Shown here: positions 31,624 to 32,000 of the stretch, in pieces | How the letters are laid out: every line of letters begins with the position of its first letter | How positions within the stretch are numbered: the stretch's first letter is position 1 | DNA from: Copranaerobaculum intestinale | Lineage (GTDB): Bacteria; Bacillota_I; Bacilli_A; Erysipelotrichales; Erysipelotrichaceae | Assembly (NCBI RefSeq): GCF_009831105.1 | Contig: NZ_WUUQ01000001.1 | Coordinates: forward strand, 60,001 to 92,000 | Direction of reading: 5' to 3' | DNA length: 32,000 nucleotides | Notes under the pieces: generated by a model | The model's input: the letters and a program-made list of their open reading frames with translations, nothing else | The model's database searches: none | What the model was told of the DNA's origin: nothing | Position numbers and translations under genes: made by a program

Positions 31624-31646
31624 ACACCGACCGTGTTCATTTTTTA
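31617..31646. terminator. Bidirectional terminator between the sigma gene and pcp
   Basis: TGAACAC-CGACC-GTGTTCA, flanked by an A-rich stretch upstream and T6 downstream. Both stop codons touch the hairpin. Confidence 0.75.
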
Positions 31647-32000
31647 TTGGAAGGTGCCTTCCGTTTGTTTCACATCCTCATCCAAAACCCGCAGTGATGC
31701 GATTGCTGCAATCAGCCCCCGCACTATATCAGTAAGCGTCATACTGGGCTGTCCTGGCTTTGCCTGTGATTCCAGCAGCGGAACATGCAGAAAACCCGAC
31801 TTTGCTGAAAGACCACTTTCTTTCAATAGATGCGCTGTAGCATAACAGACATGGTTGCATACAAAAGTACCGGCGGTATTTGATATATCGGCAGGGAGAT
31901 GTTCGCTGCGAATGGCCTGCACCATGCGCTTAATAGGAAGCCGGCACAAATAAGCATCCGGTCCGTTCACCGCAATCGGCTGATCGATCGGCTGCTCCTG
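31644..32000 (-). CDS. pcp: Pyroglutamyl-peptidase I, C-terminal 118 aa (5' end lies beyond the right window edge)
   Basis: The frame stays open to position 32000. ...GPDAYLCRLPIKRM...NTAGTFVCNHVCY...GFLHVP aligns with B. subtilis Pcp, including the catalytic Cys and His regions. The track's 'M' at 31970 is an internal GTG. Confidence 0.85.
   Translation of the reverse strand, partial: QEQPIDQPIAVNGPDAYLCRLPIKRMVQAIRSEHLPADISNTAGTFVCNHVCYATAHLLKESGLSAKSGFLHVPLLESQAKPGQPSMTLTDIVRGLIAAIASLRVLDEDVKQTEGTFQ

Noticed and set aside
1-32000. Mobile elements, prophage, CRISPR arrays, toxin-antitoxin or dedicated anti-phage defence systems, and tRNA/rRNA genes
   Set aside because: I saw no transposase, integrase or recombinase-like ORF, no terminal inverted or direct repeats flanking a block, and no spaced short-repeat array. 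I also saw no cloverleaf-like or rRNA-like conserved segments, and no nuclease/helicase/ATPase gene sets typical of defence islands. Composition is fairly uniform apart from the collagen repeat.

Overview
This 32-kb window looks like core chromosome from a low-GC Gram-positive bacterium (Bacillota-type). The evidence is GGAGG-type ribosome-binding sites, many hairpin-plus-T-run terminators, an HPr with both His15 and Ser46, and a BclA-like collagen protein that suggests a spore former. I found no rRNA, tRNA, CRISPR array, transposase, integrase or recognisable defence genes. I call 29 protein genes; two of them run off the window edges.

Gene content by theme:
- Glycogen and glucan metabolism, as dispersed single genes: pullulanase, GlgP, GlgB and phosphoglucomutase.
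- A heterodimeric CydDC-type ABC exporter.
- A six-gene plus-strand operon (12.5-18.0 kb): an FrlB/FraB-like SIS deglycase and two tandem FrlD-like PfkB kinases, bracketed by two unrelated amidohydrolases and ending in a YjbQ-family gene.
- Next to that operon, a HutC-type GntR regulator and a YfcC/DcuC-type transporter. Their promoters share sequence motifs with the operon promoter.
- A compact 2-aminoethylphosphonate biosynthesis operon, phnW-ppd-(cytidylyltransferase::PEP mutase fusion), with no adjacent transferase.
- A MarR-TauE pair.
- An operon encoding a leucine-rich-repeat (LRR) protein with no signal peptide, YaaA and a DUF523 protein.
- An ECF sigma factor with no adjacent anti-sigma gene.

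The most interesting candidates for new biology are:
- the atypical Amadori-product (fructosamine) locus and its putative regulon;
- the orphan CMP-phosphonate-type cluster;
- the small BclA-like collagen protein with a sigma-K-like promoter;
- the cytoplasmic LRR-YaaA-DUF523 operon.

All functional calls come from reading motifs and architecture by eye. No database search was run.
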